Source: a virus
Taxonomy: Duplodnaviria > Caudoviricetes
DNA: 34,370 nucleotides
Strand: one strand, 5' to 3'
IMG/VR virus record: IMGVR_UViG_3300032287_000440
Coordinates: 1 to 34,370 of that record
Positions 26,232-34,370 of the stretch are shown piece by piece; position 1 is the first letter of the stretch, and the number at the start of each line of letters is the position of its first letter. The translations under genes were made by a program, and so were the position numbers. The notes under the pieces were generated by a model. The model saw nothing but the letters and a program-made list of their open reading frames with translations. It made no database searches and was not told the DNA's origin.

Positions 26232-26297
26232 AACGAGGAACGCTAGGGAATGCCCTCCCTAACGTCCTCTAAACTCAACTGATAAGGAGTTGAATCT

Positions 26298-26543
26298 GTG
26301 AATCATTGTAGCGATTGTCGGCACTTTGTCGATCAAGAGATCATGGGTCAATGCCGAGCCCATCCACAGTTTTTCCACAAACACCGAAACGATTGGTGTG
26401 GAGAACTGTCACCAAAGCCGCTGCCAAACACCACGGTCACGGTGTCTGCTGGTAGCGCGGTCATTCTGCCCGTTGTAGACGCAATGACGGAGCCAAAAAA
26501 ACGCAAATACACCCGGAGGCAAGATGCTAAAACCTCTGCGTGA
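26298..26543 (+). CDS. Cys-rich putative metal-binding protein
   Basis: CxxC..F...G.C...P...WCGE; SD TAAGGAG; GTG start. Confidence 0.65.
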   Translation: MNHCSDCRHFVDQEIMGQCRAHPQFFHKHRNDWCGELSPKPLPNTTVTVSAGSAVILPVVDAMTEPKKRKYTRRQDAKTSA

Positions 26544-26811
26544 CAAGATCATTGTTAAGCCAGCACAGCGTTTCCAGTCTGAATTCTTGGATTTAAGCCA
26601 GGTTCAGGGCGTAGAAACCGTGGGATTTGTGGTCGCCGTTGGCCCAGAAGCCGAGGATGTTGGCCTGAATGTTGGCGACAAGGTGCATTTTGGTACTGTT
26701 GCGGCAGATGCTGGCAATGAATACCTAAAATTTGAAACTGTAAAGATTGACGGACAAAGCCATATCAAAATGTCATGGCAAGACGTTTGCTTTGTTGAGG
26801 AACAAGAATGA
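26524..26811 (+). CDS. groES: GroES-like co-chaperonin
   Basis: LKPLRDKIIV, G.VVAVGP and VGDKV.F motifs. Confidence 0.85.
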   Translation: MLKPLRDKIIVKPAQRFQSEFLDLSQVQGVETVGFVVAVGPEAEDVGLNVGDKVHFGTVAADAGNEYLKFETVKIDGQSHIKMSWQDVCFVEEQE

Positions 26812-26987
26812 CCAAAGAACTTATCCAGACTCGAATCCAAGACCTGATTGCCAAAGGCAAGGAATTGGAGCAAACTGCTCACCAGACCCAGGTGCAATTG
26901 CAGCAGATCAATGGTGCATTGCAACAATGCCAATGGTTTCTGACTGAACTGGAGAAGCAAAATGCCCCTACAGAAGTCCAAGACTGA
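26808..26987 (+). CDS. 59-aa coiled-coil protein (not in ORF track)
   Basis: ATGA coupling; MTKELIQTRIQDL...INGALQQCQWFL. Confidence 0.6.
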   Translation: MTKELIQTRIQDLIAKGKELEQTAHQTQVQLQQINGALQQCQWFLTELEKQNAPTEVQD

Positions 26988-27105
26988 AAAAGCCTTCAAA
27001 GAAAACATCAAAGCCGAGGTGAAGGCAGGGAAACCTGTCAAACAGGCGGTTGCGATTGCTTACAGCACCAAGCGTGAAGCTGAAAAGAAGGCGAAAAAGA
27101 AATGA
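26962..27105 (+). CDS. 47-aa Lys-rich protein (not in ORF track)
   Basis: MPLQKSK..AFKENIKAE.KAGKP.KQAVAIAYS; SD GGAG. Confidence 0.7.
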   Translation: MPLQKSKTEKAFKENIKAEVKAGKPVKQAVAIAYSTKREAEKKAKKK

Positions 27106-27374
27106 AAAAGCACGACAAGTCCATTCCCCACAAGACCACGGGCAAGGACAAGACCTACAACCCGACCGAAAAGGGTGCGGGGATGACGGCAAAAGGTCGT
27201 GCTGAATACAACGCCAAGAACAACGCCAACCTGAAGCCGCCAGCGCCTAACCCCAAAACCAAGAAGGACGAGGGGCGTAAAGCCTCTTTCTGCGCCAGGA
27301 TGGAAGGGGTAGTCAAGAACGCCAAAGGCCCGGCAGAACGTGCCAAAGCCTCTCTAAAGAACTGGAATTGCTAA
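27102..27374 (+). CDS. Basic phage protein with SFCARM motif
   Basis: GMTAKGRA.YN, NLK.P and RKASFCARM..W.C. Confidence 0.7.
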   Translation: MKKHDKSIPHKTTGKDKTYNPTEKGAGMTAKGRAEYNAKNNANLKPPAPNPKTKKDEGRKASFCARMEGVVKNAKGPAERAKASLKNWNC

Positions 27375-27535
27375 TGAAACCCGGACTTTACGCCAACATT
27401 CACCGAAAGCAAGAGCGCATAGAACGGCAAAAGGCAGAGGGAAAGCCTGTGGAAAAGATGCGAAAGCCTGGTTCAGAGGGTGCGCCGACTGCTAAAGCAT
27501 TCAAAGAATCGGCAAAAACTGCCAAAAAGAAGTAA
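27374..27535 (+). CDS. 53-aa Lys-rich protein (not in ORF track)
   Basis: GLYANIH.K..RI...EKMRKPGS.GAPT..AFK.SAKTAKKK; TAATG coupling. Confidence 0.7.
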   Translation: MKPGLYANIHRKQERIERQKAEGKPVEKMRKPGSEGAPTAKAFKESAKTAKKK

Positions 27536-27544
27536 AGTTATCAT

Positions 27545-27636
27545 GTTGGGTGTTAAGCCAGCATTCGAGGATGTCAATGTGGGGTGTTTTCTGGCTTTCC
27601 ATCCTGCCTAGTTAACGACCAAATCGAGCCCAACCA
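27545..27636 (+). ncRNA. Structured, possibly tRNA-like/pseudoknotted RNA
   Basis: GUUGGG/CCCAAC closure; three internal hairpins; AAGCCAG/CUGGCUU complement; ends ACCA. Confidence 0.55.
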
Positions 27637-28346
27637 TGCCTACTTTAGCCGACATTTACAGCGCAATAGGAACTGCCAGACGCAAGGCGTCAGACTTTGT
27701 GCAGAACCCTATGACCAGTCTGCAACAGATGGCTGGTAATGCCAATGACCGGGCTAGGGCATTGAATGAGATGACTGCGGCGGCGGCAGAGGAAAAAGAA
27801 CTCTACGGGCCAGCAAACCGGGCGCTTGGGGCTAAGTTAGCAGAGGCTTACAACCCTATGGGGATGACTGTTTACCACGGCAGTCCTCATCTCTTTGAGC
27901 GTTTTGATCTTGGAAAAATGGGTAGCGGAACTGGGCAACAAGTCTATGGAAAAGGCTTGTATATGGCTGAAAATCCTGCGACTGCACAAAAATATCAAAA
28001 AAACGTCAAAGATTTAGAAAATCCGGGCAATTTATACAAAGTTGATCTTCCAGACACTCATGTCCGCAGGATGTTGGACTTTGATGAACCATTGAAAAAT
28101 CAACCTAAGAAAGTTAGAGATTTGGCTAAATCGCTTAATCTAGACTTGAATGATCTTGGTGGCGATTTGCTTGAAAGAATTGGAAAAGGCGAACAAGGCA
28201 AAAAGATTCTTCAAGACGCAGGAATAACAGGCATTAAGTATTACAACGAGATGAGTGGCGGCAAAGATTTGTGGAAGCGAAATTTCGTAGTGTTTGACCC
28301 GAATCACCTGACCATCCTTGAGCGAAACGCTGAAAATATCAAATGA
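27636..28346 (+). CDS. ADP-ribosyltransferase-fold (ART-PolyVal-like) protein
   Basis: VYHGS..FERFD, YGKGLY.AE, GNLYKV, GITGIKY and NFVVFDP motifs. Confidence 0.65.
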   Translation: MPTLADIYSAIGTARRKASDFVQNPMTSLQQMAGNANDRARALNEMTAAAAEEKELYGPANRALGAKLAEAYNPMGMTVYHGSPHLFERFDLGKMGSGTGQQVYGKGLYMAENPATAQKYQKNVKDLENPGNLYKVDLPDTHVRRMLDFDEPLKNQPKKVRDLAKSLNLDLNDLGGDLLERIGKGEQGKKILQDAGITGIKYYNEMSGGKDLWKRNFVVFDPNHLTILERNAENIK

Positions 28347-28753
28347 CTGAAACAGCCGAAAAACGCCCTGTTGGACGTCCAAGTCTCTACGATCCTGCCT
28401 ATTGTGAGCAGGTAATAGAGTTGGGAAAGATTGGCAAGTCAACTGAGGCAATTGGCGCTATTTTGGGCGTTGGAACTAAAACTTTATACAACTGGCGGGA
28501 TCAACATCCAGAGTTTTTACACGCCTTGGAACTTGCCAAGGAGTTTGAACTCCAATGGTGGGAAGACATAGCCCAGACCCACATGGTCGAGAACAAGGAA
28601 AGTGATCGATTGAACGCAACAATCTGGTCACGGAGCATGGCGGCAAGATTCCCAAAGAAGTACCGGGAACAGGTGAAACAAGAGATTACGGGTGCGGATG
28701 GTGCGCCTTTGCTGAACGCAATCCAAGTCTCTTTCATCAAGCCAGATGAGTAA
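28343..28753 (+). CDS. terS: Terminase small subunit
   Basis: GRPS.Y, HTH, TLYNW...HPEF, EITGADG.PL; directly upstream of terL. Confidence 0.85.
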   Translation: MTETAEKRPVGRPSLYDPAYCEQVIELGKIGKSTEAIGAILGVGTKTLYNWRDQHPEFLHALELAKEFELQWWEDIAQTHMVENKESDRLNATIWSRSMAARFPKKYREQVKQEITGADGAPLLNAIQVSFIKPDE

Positions 28754-30017
28754 CGTAGCAGACGTCAAGTTCCCGGTTAAGCTGGAATTCCTATTCCGCA
28801 AAAGCCGATACAAATGCGCCTGGGGTGGTAGGGGCGGCGCAAAGTCTTGGGGGATTGCTAGGGCACTTCTGATCCTTGGGGTAAAGAATCCCCTACGAAT
28901 CCTGTGCGCCCGTGAGTTTCAGACCTCGATCAAGGATTCCGTCCATAAGTTGCTGTGCGACCAGATCGTTTCCATTGGGTTAACGGACTTCTACGAAATC
29001 ACCCAGAACAGCATTCGGGGCAAGAACGGGACGGAATTTGCCTTTGTTGGCCTGAAGAACAACGTAGCCAACGTCAAGTCCTATGAGGGTGTGGACATCT
29101 GTTGGGTGGAGGAAGCCCAGACAGTTAGCCGCAACTCCTGGAACGTCCTAATCCCGACCATCCGTAAGGAAGGCTCGGAAATCTGGGTTAGCTTCAACCC
29201 GGAACTAGAGACAGACGAGACATATCAGCGGTTTGTGGTCAACCCGCCTGATAACTGCGTATCGGTCAAGATCAACTGGAACGATAACCCGTGGTTTCCT
29301 GAAACCCTGCGGCTGGAGAAGGATAGCCTCAAGAACCGCGACCCTGCTGCCTACAACGTGGTTTGGGAAGGTTTGTGCCGCCAGACTGTGGATGGGGCTA
29401 TCTTTGCCCGTGAAATGCAGATGGCTGACTTGGAAGGACGCATTACCAAGGTCGGCTATGACGCTACGAAGCCTGTTCATGCGATATTCGACTTGGGATG
29501 GGCAGACGCCACGGCAATCTGGTTCCTACAGTTCATTGGGATGGAAACCAGGCTGATTCGGTACATTGAGGGCAACCAGAAAACCATGTCCGAGTACCTT
29601 GCCCAGATGCAGACATTCGGTTATGTTTACGATACTTTGTGGCTCCCGCACGATGCCCAGAACAAAACGTTGGCAGCAAACGGCAGGAGCATTGAGGAAA
29701 TCGTACGGGCGGCTGGCTACAAAACGAGGATTCTGGACAGGGTTCCGGTGGCTGACTCAATCAACGCTGCCCGAACAATGTTCCGAAATTGCTGGTTTGA
29801 TAGGGAAAATTGCCACGATGGTCTACAATGTCTCAGGCATTATCGGTACGAAGTTGACCCAGAAACGGGCCAATTCAGCCGAAATCCATTGCACGACCAC
29901 TATTCACACGGCGCGGATGCTTTCAGAATGATTGGGCTGATGGTCAATGAACCCAAGCAACTGAGGAAGGTTAGACCAATGCAAAACGCGCCACTTTCTT
30001 ACGGATGGATGGGCTGA
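28746..30017 (+). CDS. terL: Terminase large subunit (PBSX/Terminase_3-like)
   Basis: Walker A GGRGGAKS, CAREFQ.SI, Walker B WVEEA, FNP, DLG..D, SHGADAF. Confidence 0.95.
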   Translation: MSNVADVKFPVKLEFLFRKSRYKCAWGGRGGAKSWGIARALLILGVKNPLRILCAREFQTSIKDSVHKLLCDQIVSIGLTDFYEITQNSIRGKNGTEFAFVGLKNNVANVKSYEGVDICWVEEAQTVSRNSWNVLIPTIRKEGSEIWVSFNPELETDETYQRFVVNPPDNCVSVKINWNDNPWFPETLRLEKDSLKNRDPAAYNVVWEGLCRQTVDGAIFAREMQMADLEGRITKVGYDATKPVHAIFDLGWADATAIWFLQFIGMETRLIRYIEGNQKTMSEYLAQMQTFGYVYDTLWLPHDAQNKTLAANGRSIEEIVRAAGYKTRILDRVPVADSINAARTMFRNCWFDRENCHDGLQCLRHYRYEVDPETGQFSRNPLHDHYSHGADAFRMIGLMVNEPKQLRKVRPMQNAPLSYGWMG

Positions 30018-30018
30018 T

Positions 30019-32142
30019 ATGGCTGAAGAAAATGGTAGCGACTACAACCCTCTAATCGAGGAAGCAAAGCAATTCCTGAAACTTGCCAACGATTCTGACA
30101 CCATGAATCGGCAAGAAGGGTTGGAAGATTTGAAGTTTGTAAACGGCGACCAATGGCCCGTTGAACTGCAAAACAGCCGAAACCTAGAATCCCGCCCCGT
30201 CCTAACGATCAACAAACTGGATGGCTACTGCCGCCAGGTGGTCAACCAAATCAGGCAACAGCGCCCTCGTCCCAAGGTTCATGGGATGAACTCCCAGGCC
30301 GACTCCAAGGTTGCCCAAGTCCTCCAAGGCATCATTCGCCATATCGAGGCCAATTCCAACGCAGACAACGCCTACGACAATGCCGTTGACTATGCTGTTC
30401 GCATGGGTTGGGGCTACATCCGTCTGCGTACCGATTACTTGTCTGAGGATACGTTTGAGCAGGAAATCTACATTGACCCGGTAGACAACCCGTTCACCGT
30501 CTATTACGACCCGAACAGTATCCTGCCTGACGGCTCTGACGCCGAGCGTGTGCTTATCACCACCATGATGAGCAAAAAGGCATTCTCCGACCAGTATCCT
30601 GACGCAGAGGTTGATTCCTTCCAGCAGCGCGGGACGGGTGATGCCCAATCCGAATGGATCACCAAAGAGGACATTCGCCTTGCCGAATACTTTTACACGG
30701 TTCGCAAAGAGACTGAACTCATCATGTTGTCGGATGGGACTACTGTCTACAAAGAGGAGTTGCCATCAGATGAGGTTCTGGAAGCCGCTGGCATCACCAT
30801 TCTGGACAAGCGCCGCACCGTCAAGAAGGAAATCCGGTGGTGCAAACTGACCGCCATTGAGGTGCTTGAAGAAAAGGTATTCCCTGGGCGATACATCCCG
30901 GTGATTCCGGTTTACGGGCGTCATGTCGTTATTGGCGACAAGCGTAAGAAGTTTGGCATGGTGCGTCACGGCAAAGACGCCCAAAGGATGTACAACTTTT
31001 GGCAGACCAGCCTGACCGAATCTGTGGCGCTTGCACCAAAAGCCAAATGGCTAATGGCAGAGGGTCAGGACGAGGGCCACGAGAATGATTGGGCACAGGC
31101 TAACGTCAAGTCCTACCCCGTCCTACGATACAAGCAGACGGATATTGATGGACGCCCTGCCAACCCGCCCCAACGCCTTCAGCCCGAGCCGCCAGCCAAT
31201 GGCATCATGCAAGCGACTGTTGCGATTGATGAGGACATCAAGACCCTGATGGGCATCTTTGACCCGGCGCAACTGAAGCAGGGCAACATCTCTGGCAAAG
31301 CATTAAATGGTCAGCAACAACAGATTGACCTAACGAACTTTGACTTTTACGACAACCTGACTAAATCCCTGGCTCACGTTGCTCGGGTCATCCTTGACCT
31401 AGTTCCCACGATCTACGACACCCAACGGGTGCTACGGATCATTGGTGACGATGGCAAGCCTGAGATGATTACGGTGAATGAGAAGGACGCCGTTGGTAAG
31501 ATTCTGAATGACGTTACTGTCGGTCGCTACGATGTGGTCATGGAAACCGGCCCTGGCTACAACTCCAAGCGCCAAGAGGCTGTGGAAGCCATGATGCCGC
31601 TTCTGTCGGGCAATAGCGAACTGTTCAACGCCGCCTCTGATCTAGTGTTCCGTAACATGGATTTCCCCGGCGCAGACATGATTGCCGACCGCCTCGCCGC
31701 CCTGAATCCTCTGGCCCAGATTGACGAGAAGTCTGACATCCCGCCCCAGGTTCAGATGCAACTCAAGCAAGCCCAAGAGCAGGTCAAGCAGATGCAACAG
31801 CAGATGCAAGCTATGCAGATGGCAATGAAGCAACGCGCAGACATTGAGCAGGTCAAGCAAGACGCTGAAACCAAGCGCAAACTCATGGATGTTACGGCAC
31901 GCGCCCACAACACCGAAACGATGGCAGAAGTGCGGGTCAACGACCAGAATACTCGCTCGATTACGTCCCAGAATAAGACGGAAATTGATGCGATTGTTCA
32001 GCTTCTGTTGCACAACATGGACACAGCACGCCTGAATGCGGAGATTGACCGCAGGAACGCCGAGCAGATGGGATTTGCCCAACTAGCCGCCCAAGACATT
32101 GAGCATGGTGCTAATCCGTTTACAGGTGGCTTGACGCAGTAA
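30019..32142 (+). CDS. Portal protein (P22-like)
   Basis: G.QWP, RP.LTINKL and SGKAL..Q motifs; Gln-rich C-terminal barrel; follows terL. Confidence 0.92.
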   Translation: MAEENGSDYNPLIEEAKQFLKLANDSDTMNRQEGLEDLKFVNGDQWPVELQNSRNLESRPVLTINKLDGYCRQVVNQIRQQRPRPKVHGMNSQADSKVAQVLQGIIRHIEANSNADNAYDNAVDYAVRMGWGYIRLRTDYLSEDTFEQEIYIDPVDNPFTVYYDPNSILPDGSDAERVLITTMMSKKAFSDQYPDAEVDSFQQRGTGDAQSEWITKEDIRLAEYFYTVRKETELIMLSDGTTVYKEELPSDEVLEAAGITILDKRRTVKKEIRWCKLTAIEVLEEKVFPGRYIPVIPVYGRHVVIGDKRKKFGMVRHGKDAQRMYNFWQTSLTESVALAPKAKWLMAEGQDEGHENDWAQANVKSYPVLRYKQTDIDGRPANPPQRLQPEPPANGIMQATVAIDEDIKTLMGIFDPAQLKQGNISGKALNGQQQQIDLTNFDFYDNLTKSLAHVARVILDLVPTIYDTQRVLRIIGDDGKPEMITVNEKDAVGKILNDVTVGRYDVVMETGPGYNSKRQEAVEAMMPLLSGNSELFNAASDLVFRNMDFPGADMIADRLAALNPLAQIDEKSDIPPQVQMQLKQAQEQVKQMQQQMQAMQMAMKQRADIEQVKQDAETKRKLMDVTARAHNTETMAEVRVNDQNTRSITSQNKTEIDAIVQLLLHNMDTARLNAEIDRRNAEQMGFAQLAAQDIEHGANPFTGGLTQ

Positions 32143-32159
32143 CCAATTAGGTCTATATT
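32131..32159 (+). promoter_or_regulatory. sigma70-like promoter for scaffold/coat genes
   Basis: TTGACG-17-TATATT. Confidence 0.6.
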
Positions 32160-32208
32160 GACCAAGCCTACCCGTGGGTTTCACGGGGTAAATTCTTAGG
32201 TATTACCT

Positions 32209-33096
32209 ATGTCTGAAGAAAAAAGTGCTGGCTCAGTAGTGACCAGCGAAAACGCAGCGGATTTTTATGCAGAGAGATTAGGTTTAGCCGAAAAGCCTGT
32301 CAAAACTGTGGCTGAAGAACCTGAAAAGGCAGACGCAGAGCCGGTTGAGACTGAGGAACGGAGTGAACCTACTGAAGCAGACGCCGCAAAACCGCAGGAG
32401 GAACGCAAGCAAAATCCAAAACTTGAAAAGCGTTTTTCGGAAATAACTCGCCAACGGGAAGAAGCGCGTAAAGAAGCGCAACGGGAACGTGAAGCGAGGA
32501 TGCAACTGGAAGATCGGTTGAGGCAGTTGGAGCAGAAAGCCGCACCACAAGTGCAGCAACCTAGCGATAGCAAACCCCGACCAGAGCAATTCAAAGATGC
32601 CTTTGAATATGCTGAAGCTCTAGCCGAGTACACAGCAAATTTGAAGATTCAGCAGATGAAGCAGGAAACCGAACGGGAAAAGTTTGTTAAAACTTGGGCC
32701 GAGAAGGTGAATGCTGTTAAGGATGAGTTGCCCGACTTTGATGACATGGTTGCCTCAAGCGATGTGGTTGTACCCGATCATGTACGCGATGCGATTATGG
32801 ACAGCGAAAACGGTGCAAAACTTCTGTATCACCTGGCTGAGAATCCTGAGATTGCTGAAAAGATCGCCAAATTGCCTCCAATCAGCGCATTGAGAGAAAT
32901 TGGAAAACTTGAGGCCCGTTTTGATGCCAAACCGCAAGAAACGAGCGCTCCCGTGGTCAAAAGCAAAGCCCCCGAACCTATCAGGCCAATCCGAGCAAGC
33001 AAAGGCGCAGTAGATGTCCCCATGTCCAGCGATGGTGTGTGGGAAGGCAGTTACCAAGCCTGGAAGCAAGCAAGGAAGGCGGGAAAGATTCGGTAA
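32209..33096 (+). CDS. Scaffolding protein
   Basis: Acidic coiled coil between portal and coat; basic C-terminal helix WKQARKAGKIR. Confidence 0.85.
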   Translation: MSEEKSAGSVVTSENAADFYAERLGLAEKPVKTVAEEPEKADAEPVETEERSEPTEADAAKPQEERKQNPKLEKRFSEITRQREEARKEAQREREARMQLEDRLRQLEQKAAPQVQQPSDSKPRPEQFKDAFEYAEALAEYTANLKIQQMKQETEREKFVKTWAEKVNAVKDELPDFDDMVASSDVVVPDHVRDAIMDSENGAKLLYHLAENPEIAEKIAKLPPISALREIGKLEARFDAKPQETSAPVVKSKAPEPIRPIRASKGAVDVPMSSDGVWEGSYQAWKQARKAGKIR

Positions 33097-33120
33097 ACCT
33101 AATCTTTTTAAGGAAACCAA

Positions 33121-34359
33121 ATGTCAAATACCTTGCTAACTATTAGCAAGATCACCAACGAAGCGTTGATGGTCTTGGAAAACGAGTTGACCTTCACCTC
33201 GGAAGTTGATCGCAACTATGACGATCAGTTCGCCGTAGTTGGAGCCAAAATCGGCAACACGGTTAACGTTCGCCGTCCGGGCCGTTTCATCGGCACGACT
33301 GGCCCCGCCCTGAACGTTGAAGATTTCAACGAAACGAGCGTGCCCGTGACCCTGAGCACCCAGTTCCACGTTGACACCCAGTTCACGACTCAAGACCTGG
33401 CTCTGTCTCTGGATATGTTCTCGGATCGCGTGCTAAAGCCCGCCGTTGCCGCTATCGCCAACAAGATTGACCGCGATGGTCTGTCGATGGCTACCCTGCA
33501 AACCGCCAACATCGTTGGTACTGCTGGCACGCCGCCTACCGGCCTGATTACCTACCTGACCGCAGGTGCGTATCTGGACGCTGAAGGCGCACCCCGCGAT
33601 GGTCGCCGTTCGTGTATCGTTGAACCGTTCACGAGCGCAACCATTGTTGACAGCCTGAAAGGTCTGTTCGTTCCCCAGGAAGCCATTGGCGAGCAGTACC
33701 GTAAAGGTCTGATGGGCCGTGACTCTGCTGGCATGAACTGGAAGATGGATCAGAACGTGGTTTCCCAGACCTTTGGTTCGTTCGCTGGTACGGCTGTGTG
33801 TTCTACCACCGCTGCCACGGGCTTCCTGACCTCTGGTTGGGCATCGTCCTCCACGATCAGCATCACCTCTACCGGCGCAGTTTCCCTGAACGCTGGCGAT
33901 GTGATTACGATTGATGGCGTGTACGCTGTTAACCCCCAGAACCGTCAAGCCTACGGCTCGAACAAGCTGCGTAACTTTGTGGTGAAAGCCGCTGCCTCTG
34001 GCACTGGCGCAACCTTCAACGTGACCGTCAGCCCCGCAGTCATCACCGCTGGTCAATTCCAGAACGTGACGATTCCGAGCACCTCCTCTACGGCTACCGT
34101 TAACTTCTTCAACAAGACGGGTACGGTTTCTCCGCAGAACATCATCATGCACCGCAATGCGTTCACGCTGGCAGTGGCTGATCTGGAACTGCCGGAAGGT
34201 GTGCATTTCGCCGGTCGCGCTTCCGACAAGGAAATCGGCCTGTCGATGCGCGTGGTTCGTCAGTACACGATCAACAACGACTCTATCCCGACCCGTCTGG
34301 ATGTGTTGTACGGTTGGGCTCCTCTCTACCCCGAACTCGCTTGCCGCGTTGCAGCTTAA
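33121..34359 (+). CDS. Major capsid protein (P22 gp5 coat family)
   Basis: ITNEALMVLEN, KIG.TV.VR.P, AGDV.TI.GV and RLDVLYG motifs. Confidence 0.93.
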   Translation: MSNTLLTISKITNEALMVLENELTFTSEVDRNYDDQFAVVGAKIGNTVNVRRPGRFIGTTGPALNVEDFNETSVPVTLSTQFHVDTQFTTQDLALSLDMFSDRVLKPAVAAIANKIDRDGLSMATLQTANIVGTAGTPPTGLITYLTAGAYLDAEGAPRDGRRSCIVEPFTSATIVDSLKGLFVPQEAIGEQYRKGLMGRDSAGMNWKMDQNVVSQTFGSFAGTAVCSTTAATGFLTSGWASSSTISITSTGAVSLNAGDVITIDGVYAVNPQNRQAYGSNKLRNFVVKAAASGTGATFNVTVSPAVITAGQFQNVTIPSTSSTATVNFFNKTGTVSPQNIIMHRNAFTLAVADLELPEGVHFAGRASDKEIGLSMRVVRQYTINNDSIPTRLDVLYGWAPLYPELACRVAA

Positions 34360-34370
34360 TTGAAAGGGAA
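34248..34370. repeat. Terminal direct repeat, copy 2
   Basis: Identical to 1-123. Confidence 0.97.

Noticed and set aside
31740-31860. Gln/Met-rich low-complexity repeat in the portal
   Set aside because: Expected helical barrel of P22-like portals
33433-34206. Long antisense ORFs (also 11240-11971, 13935-14645, 10025-10636)
   Set aside because: Shadow frames of codon-biased genes; no protein motifs recognised
34248-34370. 123-bp terminal repeat as a biological DTR or att site
   Set aside because: It falls inside the coat gene and is most simply a circular assembly overlap
1-34370. CRISPR array, IS element, intron/intein or genetic-code reassignment
   Set aside because: No spaced repeats or transposase seen; core genes are intact and of normal length under the standard code

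Overview
This window looks like a complete, circularly assembled P22-like podovirus genome. Bases 1-123 are identical to 34248-34370, giving a unit length of about 34,247 bp. The late (+) operon runs terS, terL, portal, scaffold, P22-gp5-like coat, small virion proteins, two fibre proteins, gp4/gp10-like tail parts, three ejection proteins, tail collar, and a lysis cassette (several membrane proteins plus a peptidase M15 endolysin). The leftward early operon holds a Cro-like HTH, a DUF1376/YdaU replication initiator, a C5 methyltransferase, RusA and an HNH-like nuclease. The rightward early operon holds Erf, a YqaJ exonuclease, an SSB-like protein, a winged HTH, GroES, small basic proteins and an ART-like protein. 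I found no integrase or CI repressor. The main unusual features are: (1) a cytosine MTase apparently split over two almost fully overlapping reading frames, each with its own SD; (2) two intergenic, degenerate tRNA-like RNAs ending in ACCA, one abutting the start of the ART-like gene; (3) an unannotated secreted 4-Cys micropeptide behind cro; (4) a structured leader on the replication gene; (5) a probable AUU-start lysis-region gene. All family calls are from motif recognition by eye; no searches were run.
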